Numbered from the stretch's first letter, positions 23,832 through 38,361 are shown. The stretch is 64,000 bases of DNA from Planctomycetota bacterium (GCA_029260755.1 JAJDCQ010000078.1:73255-137254), one strand, 5' to 3'. The notes: generated by a model from the sequence alone, not told the origin. Numbers and translations are program-made.

Positions 23832-26165
23832 ATGTCGTTCCGCCGCCGCCTTCGATCGCCGTCGCTGCTCGTCTCCCCCGTGCTCCTCGCGCTCGTGGTC
23901 GGCGTCGCCGCGGCGCACGCTCGCGCCGACGACGCTGACGAGCCCGCCGGGGACGCCGTCCGGAGCAGCGAGGGCGGCCGGATCCTCCTCCGGGTGAAGA
24001 AGGGCGAGGAGCTGGCCGTCGGCGAGCTCCTCAAGGACATCAGCATCCGACGCGGCCAGCTCGTGATCGCCGACGAGCGGGTGCGCGCCGTCAAGATCCG
24101 CTTCCTGAGCAACGCCGACGTCACCTGGGACATGCTCCGCTACGTCCTCGAGAGCCACGAGGTGCGCCTCGTCGAGAAGCGGATGGCGAGCGGCGAGCTG
24201 GTGCTGCGCGCCGTGCGTCGCTCCGAGCTCGCCGAGGCGGACCTCCATCCCGACAGGGTGCTGACCCCGAAGCCGGCGGAGCCGGGCGGCGACGAAGGCG
24301 GCCTCGAGGGCGCCGGGCGGGCGAAGCGGCTCGGGCCGGTGATGCCCGAGACCCAGGAGATCGTGACGGCGATCATCCCGATCGAGCACGGCGCCGGGAA
24401 CGACATCTTCAGCAACCTGCGCGGGCTGGCCCAGCGCGATCGCGACCGGACCGGGACGATGCTCTACGTCCGCGGGCCCGAGGTGATCATCGTGACGGAC
24501 CTCGCCCGGAAGGTCGCCTACTACCAGGAGCTCGTCCGGGCGCTCGACGTGCCCGCGCCGGGGCAGGTGATCGAGGTTCGGACGGTGGTGCACGCGCAGG
24601 CGACCGAGCTCGCGACGACGGTCCAGGGCCTCCTCGCCCAGGGGATCGTGGCGCGTCCCGGGGTGCCGCAGCAGGTCGGGGCGTCGCCGTCTCCGCGGGT
24701 CGCCGCCGACGCGCGGAGCAACCAGCTCATCATCCAGGCGCTGCCCCACGAGCTGCCGGGGATCCACGACCTGATCGACCGGCTCGACGTCGACGTGCCG
24801 CCGCGTCCGCCGCACTTCTTCAGCGTTCCGGTGCAGAATGCGTTCGCGCCGGACGTCGCCTCGAAGCTGAACGAGCTCGTGAACGGCGCGGCGGCCACGC
24901 CGCGCGCCGGCGGAGCGGACCGTCAGCGCCGGCAGGTCGGCGGGGCTGGCCGGCCGGGCGGATCGAACGGCGGGGGGCGGCGGGGAGGACGTCCGGCGCC
25001 GGCGCCGAGCCCGCGACCGGCGGTGGGGGTCGTGGGCGGCGCCGGGGCGCTCGCCTCGCTGAATCACGACGCCGTCGAGACGCGGATCGTCGCGGACGAG
25101 GCGACGAACAGCCTCCTGATCCAGGCCGAGGAGGAGGTCTTCGCCGCGATCCTCGAGCTGATCGAGACGCTCGACCGCCGCCCGCGCCAGGTCGGCGTCG
25201 AGGTGCAGGTCTGGGAGGTCGTCGTCCCGAACGACGACCTCCAGTTCGCGATCGAGCTCGCCGGCGCCGAGGCGGGCAAGGACGGCGGCTTCGGCGGGGC
25301 GGCGGCGACCGCGTTCGGGGCGAGCCAGCTCGGCTTCGACCCCGCGACCGGCGCGCTCCAGCGGGTGCCGGGCCTCGGGACGGGCGTGATCGGGGTGCTC
25401 GGCTACGACCAGTTCTCCGAGATCCCGGTGATCCTCCGGGCGCTCGCGACCAAGAGTCAGAGCCGGCTGCTCACCCAGACGACCGTCGTCACCAATGACA
25501 ACGAGTCGGCGACGTTCTCGGCGGGCGACACGTTCCCGTTTCTGACGCAGACCTTCAACAACGTCGTGGCCACCCAGGACGTCTCCGAGGCGAGCGCGGC
25601 GACGACCCTGAACATCACGCCGCGGATCGCCGGCGACGACGTCCTCACCCTCGACCTCGACGTCCAGGTGAAGTCGTTCACCGGCGGCGCGGTCGGCGGC
25701 CTGCCGCCGCCTACCAACGACCGGAGCTACGGCGGGCTCGTCACGATCCCGAACGGGCACTGGGTCGTCTTCGGCGGCCTCGAGCAGGAGACCGACACCG
25801 AGGCGGAGGAGAAGGTCCCCTTCGTCGGCGACATCCCGCTGCTCGGTTGGCTCTTCAAGCGGTTCACCAGGACCCACAGCCGGACGAAGGTCTACATCTT
25901 CGCGCGGCCGACGATCCTCGCGGACCCCGGCTTCAAGAACCACGTGCGCGCGAGCGCCCTCGTGCGCGACCGGATGCAGCGCGACGGCGGGTGGGAGCGG
26001 GCGCCCGAGCCGCTCCTGCCGCAGGAGGCGCTCGAGGATCCGCACGGGAGCGTCCACGATCAGATCTACGAGGTGCTCGGGACGAGCAGCGGGAACCCGT
26101 TCGGCACGGTCGAGCGGTCCGGCGCGGGCGCGCCGCTCGACTCGCGGGGCGCTCGGGACCGGTGA
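23832..26165 (+). CDS. Secretin (GspD/PilQ superfamily), paralogue 1
   Basis: 777 aa. Signal peptide is MSFRRRLRSPSLLVSPVLLALVVGVAAAHA. It has N0/N-domain-like repeats and the C-terminal secretin motif VPFVGDIPLLGWLFKRFTRTHSRTKVYIFARPTIL. A G/R/P-rich insert lies mid-protein. Confidence 0.85.
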   Translation: MSFRRRLRSPSLLVSPVLLALVVGVAAAHARADDADEPAGDAVRSSEGGRILLRVKKGEELAVGELLKDISIRRGQLVIADERVRAVKIRFLSNADVTWDMLRYVLESHEVRLVEKRMASGELVLRAVRRSELAEADLHPDRVLTPKPAEPGGDEGGLEGAGRAKRLGPVMPETQEIVTAIIPIEHGAGNDIFSNLRGLAQRDRDRTGTMLYVRGPEVIIVTDLARKVAYYQELVRALDVPAPGQVIEVRTVVHAQATELATTVQGLLAQGIVARPGVPQQVGASPSPRVAADARSNQLIIQALPHELPGIHDLIDRLDVDVPPRPPHFFSVPVQNAFAPDVASKLNELVNGAAATPRAGGADRQRRQVGGAGRPGGSNGGGRRGGRPAPAPSPRPAVGVVGGAGALASLNHDAVETRIVADEATNSLLIQAEEEVFAAILELIETLDRRPRQVGVEVQVWEVVVPNDDLQFAIELAGAEAGKDGGFGGAAATAFGASQLGFDPATGALQRVPGLGTGVIGVLGYDQFSEIPVILRALATKSQSRLLTQTTVVTNDNESATFSAGDTFPFLTQTFNNVVATQDVSEASAATTLNITPRIAGDDVLTLDLDVQVKSFTGGAVGGLPPPTNDRSYGGLVTIPNGHWVVFGGLEQETDTEAEEKVPFVGDIPLLGWLFKRFTRTHSRTKVYIFARPTILADPGFKNHVRASALVRDRMQRDGGWERAPEPLLPQEALEDPHGSVHDQIYEVLGTSSGNPFGTVERSGAGAPLDSRGARDR

Positions 26166-26251
26166 GGGGCTGAACCTCTCGCGGCGGCGAACGTCTTGTG
26201 ATGGAGGGGTCGACGCAGGCCACGACGCGGAGAGCCTTTAGCGGAAAGGAA

Positions 26252-26280
26252 TTGCCGCAACGCGTGATTCTCGCTAGACT
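26252..26280 (+). promoter_or_regulatory. Candidate sigma70-like promoter for secretin 2
   Basis: TTGCCG (26252-26257), a 17-nt spacer, then TAGACT (26275-26280), about 60 nt upstream of the ATG at 26342. Confidence 0.3.
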
Positions 26281-26341
26281 CGTCGCCCCAACTGGTTGGG
26301 TTCGGGGAACCAGCCCGGACCGCCCTCATCATCTGCAGGAG

Positions 26342-28690
26342 ATGTCGGACCCCATGCGCCCCACCGTCGCACACCGCCGGGTCGTTCGCCGACTCGCGCT
26401 CGTTCCCGCCGGACTCGCCGCCCTCATCGCCGCGACCGCGCTCGCGCCCTCCGCGCTCGCCCAGGATGGCGGAGGCGCCGTCCGCGACAGCGAGGACGAG
26501 AAGATCGTCCTCCGCGTCGCGAAGGGCGAGGAGATCGAGGTCGAGGAGCTCCTCAAGGACATCGGGATCCGGCGCGGGCAGCTGATCCTCCCCGACAAGC
26601 AGCTCCGCGGGGTGAAGATCAAGTTCCTCAACAACTTCGATGTCACCTGGGACATGCTCCGCTTCGTCCTGGAGATGAACGACATCAAGATCGTCGAGAA
26701 GAGGATGGATAACGGCGAGGTCGTGATGAGCGCCGTCCTCCAGCGCAACCTCCCGCAGATGTCGAGCGCCGTCCCGCGGTTCATGCCGCCCGAGGAGGTC
26801 GAGGCGAATGGGATCCCGGACAGCTCCGAGATCCTGACGGCGATCATCCAGGTCCAGAACGGGGCCGGAAACGACATCTTCAGCGCGCTGCGCGGGCTGG
26901 TCACGCGCGACCGCGACCGGGTCGGCAACATCCTCTACATCCGCGGCCCCGAGGTCATCATCATCGTCGACCTCGCGCCGAAGGTGGAGTACTACTACCG
27001 CGTCATCAAGGCGCTCGACCTGCCGGCGCCCGGTCAGAAGATCCGGGTGAAGCAGATCGTCTACGCGGCGGCCGACGAGATCGCCAACACGGTCAACGGT
27101 CTGCTCCGGGCGCAGGGCCCGCGCGTCGCCCAGCCGGGCGTGGTCGCCAGTCAGGCGCAGCCGCAGGTGATCCCCGACCCGCGGACGAACCAGATCATCA
27201 TCCAGGCATTCGTCCACGAGTTCGTCGACATCGAGGAGATCATCGCCAACCTCGACATCAAGGTGAACCCGCCGCCGAGCAACTACTACGTCTACCCGGT
27301 GAAGAACGCCGACGCCGAGGAGCTCGCGAACAAGCTGAACGAGCTGTTCACGGGGGCGTCGCCGGTGCCTTCGCGGCGGAGCAGCCGGGGCGGCGGCCGG
27401 AACGACCCGCGCGGGACGCCCGGGGTGAGCGGCCGCGGGATCACCGGACAGAACACCGCCCCTCGGCCGATCGCCAGCAACCGCGGCGCGGGGCTCGGCG
27501 CGCAGGGCAACCTCAACCCGGCCCTCGGCGACATCCAGACGCGGATCGTCAGCCACGAGCCGACGAACTCGCTCCTGATCCAGGCGGAGCCGGTCGTCTA
27601 CTCGAGCATCCTGAAGGTGCTGGCCGAGCTCGACCGGAAGGCGAAGCGGGTCGGGATCGAGGCGCAGGTCTGGGAGGTCGCCGTTCCCAACGACGACCTC
27701 TTCATCGCGGTCGAGCTCGCCGCGACCGACAACGCGAGCGACGAGAGCACGCGCGTCCTCGGCGCGACCAGCTTCGGGATCAGCCAGATCGCCTTCGATC
27801 CGGATCAGAACCGCCTGCTCCGGATCCCGAACATCGCGAACGGCGTCATCGGCGTCGTCGCGAAGGACGCCTTCGACAAGCTGCCCCTGATCCTGCGCGC
27901 GCTCCACAGCAGCAACAAGAGCCGGCTGATCACCCAGACGAGCGTGTTCACCAACGACAACGAGAGCGCGACGCTCACGGTCAGCGACAGCTTCCCGTTC
28001 TTCATCAACAGCGTGAACAACGTCGCGGCGACCCAGGGCGTCGACTTCGCCGAGGCGGCGTCGACGATGACGATCACGCCGCAGATCGCGAGCGGCGATC
28101 AGCTCACCCTCGAGCTCGACCTCGACATCCAGAGCTTCACCGGAGGAGCGGTCGGCGGGTTGCCGCCGCCGAGCAACAGTCGTCGCTACCAGGGCATCGT
28201 GACGATCCCCAACATGAAGTGGGTCGTCTTCGGCGGGCTCGAGCGCGAGGCGGAGTCGGTCGTCGAGGACAAGATCCCGTTCCTCGGCGACATCCCGCTC
28301 CTCGGCTACCTCTTCAAGAGCCACCAGTCGACGAAGAACAAGACCAAGATCTACATCTTCGTCCGGCCGATCATCCTCACCGACGAGGACTTCCGGGACC
28401 ACGTCCGCCTCTCCGCCCTCGCGCAGGAGAAGATCTACCGCGAGAGCGAGCTCGATCGGATGCCCGAGCCGATCATGCCGGCCGAGAGCCTCCGTGATCC
28501 CTACGGGAGCGTCCACGACAGCCTCTACGAGCTGTTCGGAACGACGAGCCAGAACCCGTTCCCCGAGTACGCCGCCAACAACGAGGGCTACGGCGAGCGC
28601 CTCTTCCCGAACGGAGGAGGGTCGGTCGAGAACGGCGACCCGGTGGACGAGCCCGAGGACGACGAGGAGCCCGAGGACGAGGACGACTAG
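26342..28690 (+). CDS. Secretin (GspD/PilQ superfamily), paralogue 2, with acidic C-terminal tail
   Basis: 782 aa from the ATG at 26342, preceded by AGGAG. Collinear with paralogue 1 (IVLRVAKGEEIEVEELLKDIGIRRGQL..., IPFLGDIPLLGYLFKSHQSTKNKTKIYIFVRPIIL). C-terminus is DEPEDDEEPEDEDD. Confidence 0.85.
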   Translation: MSDPMRPTVAHRRVVRRLALVPAGLAALIAATALAPSALAQDGGGAVRDSEDEKIVLRVAKGEEIEVEELLKDIGIRRGQLILPDKQLRGVKIKFLNNFDVTWDMLRFVLEMNDIKIVEKRMDNGEVVMSAVLQRNLPQMSSAVPRFMPPEEVEANGIPDSSEILTAIIQVQNGAGNDIFSALRGLVTRDRDRVGNILYIRGPEVIIIVDLAPKVEYYYRVIKALDLPAPGQKIRVKQIVYAAADEIANTVNGLLRAQGPRVAQPGVVASQAQPQVIPDPRTNQIIIQAFVHEFVDIEEIIANLDIKVNPPPSNYYVYPVKNADAEELANKLNELFTGASPVPSRRSSRGGGRNDPRGTPGVSGRGITGQNTAPRPIASNRGAGLGAQGNLNPALGDIQTRIVSHEPTNSLLIQAEPVVYSSILKVLAELDRKAKRVGIEAQVWEVAVPNDDLFIAVELAATDNASDESTRVLGATSFGISQIAFDPDQNRLLRIPNIANGVIGVVAKDAFDKLPLILRALHSSNKSRLITQTSVFTNDNESATLTVSDSFPFFINSVNNVAATQGVDFAEAASTMTITPQIASGDQLTLELDLDIQSFTGGAVGGLPPPSNSRRYQGIVTIPNMKWVVFGGLEREAESVVEDKIPFLGDIPLLGYLFKSHQSTKNKTKIYIFVRPIILTDEDFRDHVRLSALAQEKIYRESELDRMPEPIMPAESLRDPYGSVHDSLYELFGTTSQNPFPEYAANNEGYGERLFPNGGGSVENGDPVDEPEDDEEPEDEDD

Positions 28691-28721
28691 CTCGATCGCA
28701 TCGCTGGCGTCGCTGTCTGTC

Positions 28722-29549
28722 CTACCGCTTCTTCAGCACGTAGCACTTCTGGATGCCGAAGTCCCCGCTCCGCGGACCCGTCTCGAGGTCGGCGAAGAGC
28801 TGGTGGATCGGCCCGTCGTAGCTCGGCGGCTCGTCGCCCGTCGTCGCGAGGTCTCTCACGAAGCGGGTCCCGATGTAGTAGAGCGAGCTGAAGCGCTCGA
28901 TTCGTTCGATCTCGAAGAGGGGTTCGACGAACTCCTCGAGCTTCTCCTCCTCGATGTAGAGGTTGAACTCGGGCGCCTCGAGCGGGGCGAAGCCCGCCAG
29001 CTCGCGGAGGGCGTTGAGCTTGCGCTGGCTCCCCTCGAACGCCTCGAAGAAGAGGTAACGCCCTCCCGGCTTCAGGACGCGGTGCATCTCGCGGAGCGCC
29101 TCCTGCTGCCGCTCCCAGGTGGGCAGGTTGATCACGACGCGGACCGCGTAGACCGCGTCGAAGGTCCCGTCCTTCTCGGCGATCTCGAGGATGTTGCCGT
29201 GGTAGAACTCGATCCTGCCGTCGGGGTCCTTCTCCGACTGCGCCCTCTTCGCCGCGTCGACCATCGTCTGGCTGTAGTCGAACGCGCGGACCGCGCCCGG
29301 GTCGCGCTCGAGGATCCTGAAGGTCGTGTAGCCGTTGGCGCAGCCGGCGTCGAGCACCCTGAAGTCGGGCTCGATGAAGCGCATCAGGTTCCGGATCTCG
29401 AGCTCGATCGCGTGGCCGTCGCCCCAGCTCGCGTCGTGGTCGCTTCCGTGCGCGGCGGCGTTCCCCTCCCAGTGGGAGAGGTTCTTCTCCATCCTCTTCC
29501 GCTCGGTGTCGGTGAGGTCGCCCTTCAGCCCGAAGTCGGGGTTGCTCAT
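28722..29549 (-). CDS. Class I SAM-dependent methyltransferase
   Basis: 275 aa from the ATG at 29549. Motif I is VLDAGCANGYTT, followed by a post-I acidic residue and a VLKPGGRYLFFE motif. It lies 32 nt downstream of kinase 4 on the same strand. Confidence 0.8.
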   Translation of the reverse strand: MSNPDFGLKGDLTDTERKRMEKNLSHWEGNAAAHGSDHDASWGDGHAIELEIRNLMRFIEPDFRVLDAGCANGYTTFRILERDPGAVRAFDYSQTMVDAAKRAQSEKDPDGRIEFYHGNILEIAEKDGTFDAVYAVRVVINLPTWERQQEALREMHRVLKPGGRYLFFEAFEGSQRKLNALRELAGFAPLEAPEFNLYIEEEKLEEFVEPLFEIERIERFSSLYYIGTRFVRDLATTGDEPPSYDGPIHQLFADLETGPRSGDFGIQKCYVLKKR

Positions 29550-29581
29550 GCGCGGTCTCCTCGTGTTTGGGACCGCCCAGC

Positions 29582-33820
<4,239 letters not shown>

Positions 33821-33894
33821 AAGGAAGTCTCTCTGTTAGTTACTCATTGTGTGATAGCGCCGTGGCCCGGTGGGTTCAACCGGACGGGGGTTCT

Positions 33895-34130
33895 GCCGTC
33901 GATTCCCGAGGTCTTGCCCGTGCGCATGCGGGAGTCGTATTGCCGACGGCGGGGCGGGGTCGGTGTGCGGCGTGCATCGGAGCGGGGCGGGTGGGCCGAG
34001 CCGTCGATTCCCGTTCGCAACCTTGCGGGGAGGCCGGCGGTGGGGTCAGGCCGTCTGCTTGCTGCTTGGTCGGAGCGGGACTGCCGAAGCGGGCTCCCCT
34101 CCCAAGCCAGCAAGACAGAGGCCTGACCCC
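33895..34130. repeat. Family 2 module U2+U1, right member of the inverted pair with 16053-16259
   Basis: U2 (33895-34014) is flanked by the direct repeat gccgtcgattcccg. A 27-nt spacer follows, then the U1 hairpin 34042-34130, then gcatgccgtcacattcc, which also occurs (reverse complement) at 15729-15745. Confidence 0.85.
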
Positions 34131-34254
34131 GCATGCCGTCACATTCCGCGGCATCCCGATCGCGAAACCGCGGCGCCCGCCCACCCGGATGGTGCGACGC
34201 CAGCAACGCGACGCACGCCAGCAACCAACCCGACGACCCGCGGCTTCCGGTGAG

Positions 34255-36975
34255 CTACTCCGGGAACCCGTCGAGCAGGCTCTCCAGCTCGTCCGAGCTG
34301 GTGGCGATCGCCAGGCGTGGCTTGCAGCGCATCGCGACGAGCGTGATGTCGTCGGTCGGATCGGCGAGGCCTCGGAACTGCTTCACCTCGTCGATGACCG
34401 AGTTGATCAGGTCGAGCGGGGTCCGGTCGCCGTAGGTCGCCACCGTCGCGGCGAGACGGTTGAGGCCGAACTCCTCCTCAGCCTCGTTCATCGCCTCGGT
34501 CACGCCGTCGGTGTAGAGGAGGATCTGATCGGCCTCGGCGAGCTCGATCTCCTTCTCGCTGTAGGTGGCGTTGACGCCCTCGGACAGGCCGACCGCGACC
34601 CCGCCGGCGCGGATCGTCTCGACCGTCGCCTCCTTGGCGCGGTAGACGATGATGTGCTCGTGCCCGGCGCCGGTGTACTTGACCTTCATCCCGGCCGCGT
34701 CCCACGTCAGCACGTTCAGCGACATGAAGATGCCGCCCTCGGTGATGTCGTGGCAGAGGACGGTGTTGAGGCTTCGCACCAGGCTCGTCGTGCTGTCGAT
34801 CGATCCCGCGTGGGTGACGATCGATCGGAGCGAGCTGCGCGCCATCATCATGACCAGACCGGCCGCGACGCCCTTGCCGCTGACGTCGCCGATGCAGACC
34901 GTCATGGCGTCGTTGCGGGCGTGCGGCAGGAAGTCGTAGTAGTCGCCGCCGATCTCCTTCGCCGGGATCATCGTCCCGTGGACCTCGAGCTTCTCCACCT
35001 CGGGGAACGTCTTCGGGAGCAGGTCGAGCTGGATCTTCTGGGCGAGGTTGAGCTCGCTCTCGACGCGCCTGCCCTCGTGCTGCTTCTTCGCGTGTCGGAT
35101 GTTGACGATCGCCGCGGCCGCGTTCTCGCACAGCCCGGTGATCAGCTCGAGGTCGCTCGAGGCGATCTCGCCCTGGAGGCGCTTGCTGTCGAGGTAGACG
35201 ACGCCGACGACCTCCTCGCGGTCGAGGAGCGGGATGCAGATCACCGTCTGCAGGCGCAGGGCGATGATCGAGCGCGTCGCGCCGCCTTCGAGCTCGTTCT
35301 CGAGGGCGTTGATGAGGACGCGCGGCGCCCGCTCCGTGATGGCCCGGTGGGTGACCGATCGGCTGAAGGTGAACTTGTCGGCCCCGAGGTCCTCCTTGCT
35401 CTCGTCACGCCCGAGCTTGAAGGCCGGCTCGCCGTTCTCGTCGAGGTGGATCAGGAAGCCGCGCTCGCAGCCGCTCACCTCGAGGCACTGATCGACGATC
35501 TTGCGCATGAACGCGTCGACCTCCGCGTCGCTCGACGCGGAGGGGTCCGCCACGGCCCGCGCCGTGGAGCGTTCGATCTTGGCCGCCTCGATGAGCGCCT
35601 CGAGCGAGCTGATCTGCTTCCTGAGGTCCTCCACCTCGCCGGCCGATTCGCTGGCGCCGCCGTCGGCCTCCTCGAGCTGCGCGTGGGCGCGGCTCGCCTC
35701 CTTCTTGAACTTCGCGGCGCGCTTGTCCGCCTCGGCGAGCTGCTTCTCGAGGTCCTCGACCTTGAGCTTGAGCTCCGCCGCCTCGATGTCCGCGGCGAGG
35801 AGCGAGCCGCGGTCGATGCGACCGGTGCGCTCCGACGCGCGCTTGCGCCGGCCCTTCTTCGGGCCCTTCTTCCCGGTCTCGGCGGCGATCCGCTGAAAAC
35901 GCTGCGTCTCGGAGTTGAGCCGGTCCTGGAGCTCCTTCACCTGGTCGCGGAGCTCGGTGGCCTCGCGCTCGGCCTCGTCGGAGCGGTTCGCCTGCGCCTT
36001 CTCGAGCTCGGTCTCGAGCTCGCTCACCCGGCGGCGGAGGTCGACCTCGCCGGTGACCTCGGCCGCGCTCGGCGTCCGCCCGCCGGCCGGCTCGTCGTCC
36101 TCCTCGACGCGCCCCTCGCGCACCTCTCCCTCGAGCGCCTTGACCTTGTCGCGGAGCTCCTCGATCTCGCGGTCGCACTCCTCGGCGATCTCGCCGTCGT
36201 CGGTGTCCCGGCGGAGGCGCTCGAGCTCGACGATCCGGGTGCAGAGGGCGTCGATCTGGCCCTCGACGTCGCGGTCGGGGGCGGGAGCGGGAGCGGGGGT
36301 GGGGGTCGCGGGCGGCGCGGCGATCACTTCGCTCTCGGCGCTGTCGAGGGTCGAGGGGATGCTCACCTCCTCGCGGAGGGTGTCGTCATCGCCGCCCTCG
36401 TCGCCGCCGTCGACGGCGATGTTGCGGAGCGCCTCGACCGCGTGGCGCCCGACCGTCTCGACCGCCTCGAACTCGTCGGAGGTGAACTGACCGCCCTCGC
36501 GGTCGACGAAGAGGGCGCCGTCGGCCGGCTGGTGCTCATCGTCATCGGCCTCGTCGCGCGGGGTGACGAGCAGCGGAACGCAGACCGCCGCCAGCGGCGG
36601 ATCGCCGAGGAGCGCCGGGCTGTATCGCGCCTGCCGCCTCGCCGTCGCGAGCGTCTTGTCGACCGTCGCGAACAGGGCGGGCTCGCCCGTCGGGTCGAGG
36701 TCGGAGGTCTCCATGCCGTGCGCCGCGGAGAGGAGGACCTTCCCCTCGTCGCGCATGATCAGGAAGGACCGACGACCGCCGACGATCTTCGCCGCCGCCT
36801 CGACGGCGGCCTGGGCGACGGTCTCGAAGTCGGGCGCGTCGTGGATCGCGCGGATCTCGGGCGTGGCGTCGTCCGTCGCCACCCCCGTCCTCTCGTCGTT
36901 CGCCAAGAGTCCGAGCCTCGCGTGGGTGCAGGGTTTGCGGCCTGAGCGGATGGCATCCACCGAAGCGGATGACAT
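34255..36975 (-). CDS. PP2C/SpoIIE-family Ser/Thr phosphatase with two GAF domains and a long coiled coil
   Basis: 906 aa from the ATG at 36975, preceded by AGGAAC. The N-terminal GAF-like region and coiled coil are E/R-rich. The second GAF has VICIPLLDREEVVGVVYLDS. The C-terminal PPM motifs are GGDYYDF and CIGDVSGKGVAAGLVMMMA. Confidence 0.85.
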   Translation of the reverse strand: MSSASVDAIRSGRKPCTHARLGLLANDERTGVATDDATPEIRAIHDAPDFETVAQAAVEAAAKIVGGRRSFLIMRDEGKVLLSAAHGMETSDLDPTGEPALFATVDKTLATARRQARYSPALLGDPPLAAVCVPLLVTPRDEADDDEHQPADGALFVDREGGQFTSDEFEAVETVGRHAVEALRNIAVDGGDEGGDDDTLREEVSIPSTLDSAESEVIAAPPATPTPAPAPAPDRDVEGQIDALCTRIVELERLRRDTDDGEIAEECDREIEELRDKVKALEGEVREGRVEEDDEPAGGRTPSAAEVTGEVDLRRRVSELETELEKAQANRSDEAEREATELRDQVKELQDRLNSETQRFQRIAAETGKKGPKKGRRKRASERTGRIDRGSLLAADIEAAELKLKVEDLEKQLAEADKRAAKFKKEASRAHAQLEEADGGASESAGEVEDLRKQISSLEALIEAAKIERSTARAVADPSASSDAEVDAFMRKIVDQCLEVSGCERGFLIHLDENGEPAFKLGRDESKEDLGADKFTFSRSVTHRAITERAPRVLINALENELEGGATRSIIALRLQTVICIPLLDREEVVGVVYLDSKRLQGEIASSDLELITGLCENAAAAIVNIRHAKKQHEGRRVESELNLAQKIQLDLLPKTFPEVEKLEVHGTMIPAKEIGGDYYDFLPHARNDAMTVCIGDVSGKGVAAGLVMMMARSSLRSIVTHAGSIDSTTSLVRSLNTVLCHDITEGGIFMSLNVLTWDAAGMKVKYTGAGHEHIIVYRAKEATVETIRAGGVAVGLSEGVNATYSEKEIELAEADQILLYTDGVTEAMNEAEEEFGLNRLAATVATYGDRTPLDLINSVIDEVKQFRGLADPTDDITLVAMRCKPRLAIATSSDELESLLDGFPE

Positions 36976-37082
36976 CTGGATCTTGTTCCTCTGCCCGTCA
37001 GGTTTCAAGTCGCCGACGGGGACCGATCCTGGACGGCCGACGAGAGGCCGCCGTTTCGAGCCGATCCCGCGCCGCCGACCTC

Positions 37083-37111
37083 TTTACGCTCTGCGTCACG
37101 GCCGCTATCCT
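37083..37111 (+). promoter_or_regulatory. Candidate sigma70-like promoter for the acyl-CoA dehydrogenase operon
   Basis: TTTACG (37083-37088), a 17-nt spacer, then TATCCT (37106-37111), about 55 nt upstream of the ATG at 37165. Confidence 0.3.
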
Positions 37112-37164
37112 CGTCGCTCCCGCTTCCGCCGGCCCCCGCCCAAGACAGAGAGCGAGAAAGAGAC

Positions 37165-38361
37165 ATGGCCCTCGACTTCGAGCCCACCGAGGAGCAGCAG
37201 CTCATTCGCCAGAGCATCAGGAAAGCGATGGAGCCCTTCCTCGCCAAGCGGGAAGAGATCATGCACTCGGTCATGGCCGAGAAGAAGTTCCCCCAGGAGC
37301 TCTGGGAGGCGATGGCGGACACCGGCGTGTTCGGCTGCCTGATTCCCGAGGAGTACGGCGGGACCGACCTCGGCCTGCTCACGATGACGCTGGCCCTCGA
37401 GGAGCTCGCCACCCTCGGGTTCGGCAACGCGATGATCGTGACGACCCAGATGGACACCTCCTGCATCCTGCGCAACGGCAGCGAGGAGATGAAGAAGCGC
37501 TTCCTGCCGGGGATCGCCGACGGCAGCCTCAAGTTCGCCTTCGCGATCACCGAGCCCGACGCCGGCAGCAACAGCTTCCGCCTGAAGACGGTCGCGCGGC
37601 GCGAGGGCGACCACTACGTCCTCAACGGCCAGAAGACCTTCATCACCGGCGCCGAGGTGGCCGACTGGATGCTCGTCGTCGTGCGGACGACGCCGGTCGA
37701 GGAGCTCGAGGCGAAGGGGATGAGCAAGATGATGGGCATCTCGCTCTTCGTCCTCGACCCCAGGAGCCCCGGGATCGACCTGAAGCCCATCCCGACCCGC
37801 GGGATCGAGGGGATGGCCCAGTGGACCGTCTTCTTCGACGACGTGAACGTGCCCGCCGATCAGATGGTCGGTGAGGAGGGCATGGGCAGCATGTCCATGT
37901 TCAACTCGCTCAACCCCGAGCGGATCCTCGCCGCCGCCCTCGCCTGCGGGATGACCCAGTTCGTCCTCGACAAGGCGTGCAAGTACGCTCGCGAGCGAAA
38001 GGTCTTCAAGGACCGCCCGATCGGCGCCTACCAGGCGATCCAGCACCCGCTCGCCGACAGCCGCATCGGCCTGGACGCCGCCCGACTGCTGACGTGGCGC
38101 TCGGCCTGGGCCTTCGACAAGCAGCTCCCGCCGGCGACCGTCGGCCACTACGCGAACGCGGCGAAGTACACCGCCGCCGAGCTGGTCATCAACGCGGTCG
38201 ACCGCGCGATCGAGACCCACGGCGGCTACGGCTTCTCCGAGGAGTACCAGATCATCTATCTCTGGGAGGCGGCCCGGCTGATCCGGACGGCGCCGATCAG
38301 CAAGGAGATGATCCTCAACTACTTCGCGGAGCACGTCCTCGATCTGCCGCGGAGCTACTAG
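37165..38361 (+). CDS. Acyl-CoA dehydrogenase family protein
   Basis: 398 aa with ACAD N-terminal, middle and C-terminal patterns (FAFAITEPDAGSN, ETHGGYGFSEEY). Confidence 0.85.
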   Translation: MALDFEPTEEQQLIRQSIRKAMEPFLAKREEIMHSVMAEKKFPQELWEAMADTGVFGCLIPEEYGGTDLGLLTMTLALEELATLGFGNAMIVTTQMDTSCILRNGSEEMKKRFLPGIADGSLKFAFAITEPDAGSNSFRLKTVARREGDHYVLNGQKTFITGAEVADWMLVVVRTTPVEELEAKGMSKMMGISLFVLDPRSPGIDLKPIPTRGIEGMAQWTVFFDDVNVPADQMVGEEGMGSMSMFNSLNPERILAAALACGMTQFVLDKACKYARERKVFKDRPIGAYQAIQHPLADSRIGLDAARLLTWRSAWAFDKQLPPATVGHYANAAKYTAAELVINAVDRAIETHGGYGFSEEYQIIYLWEAARLIRTAPISKEMILNYFAEHVLDLPRSY

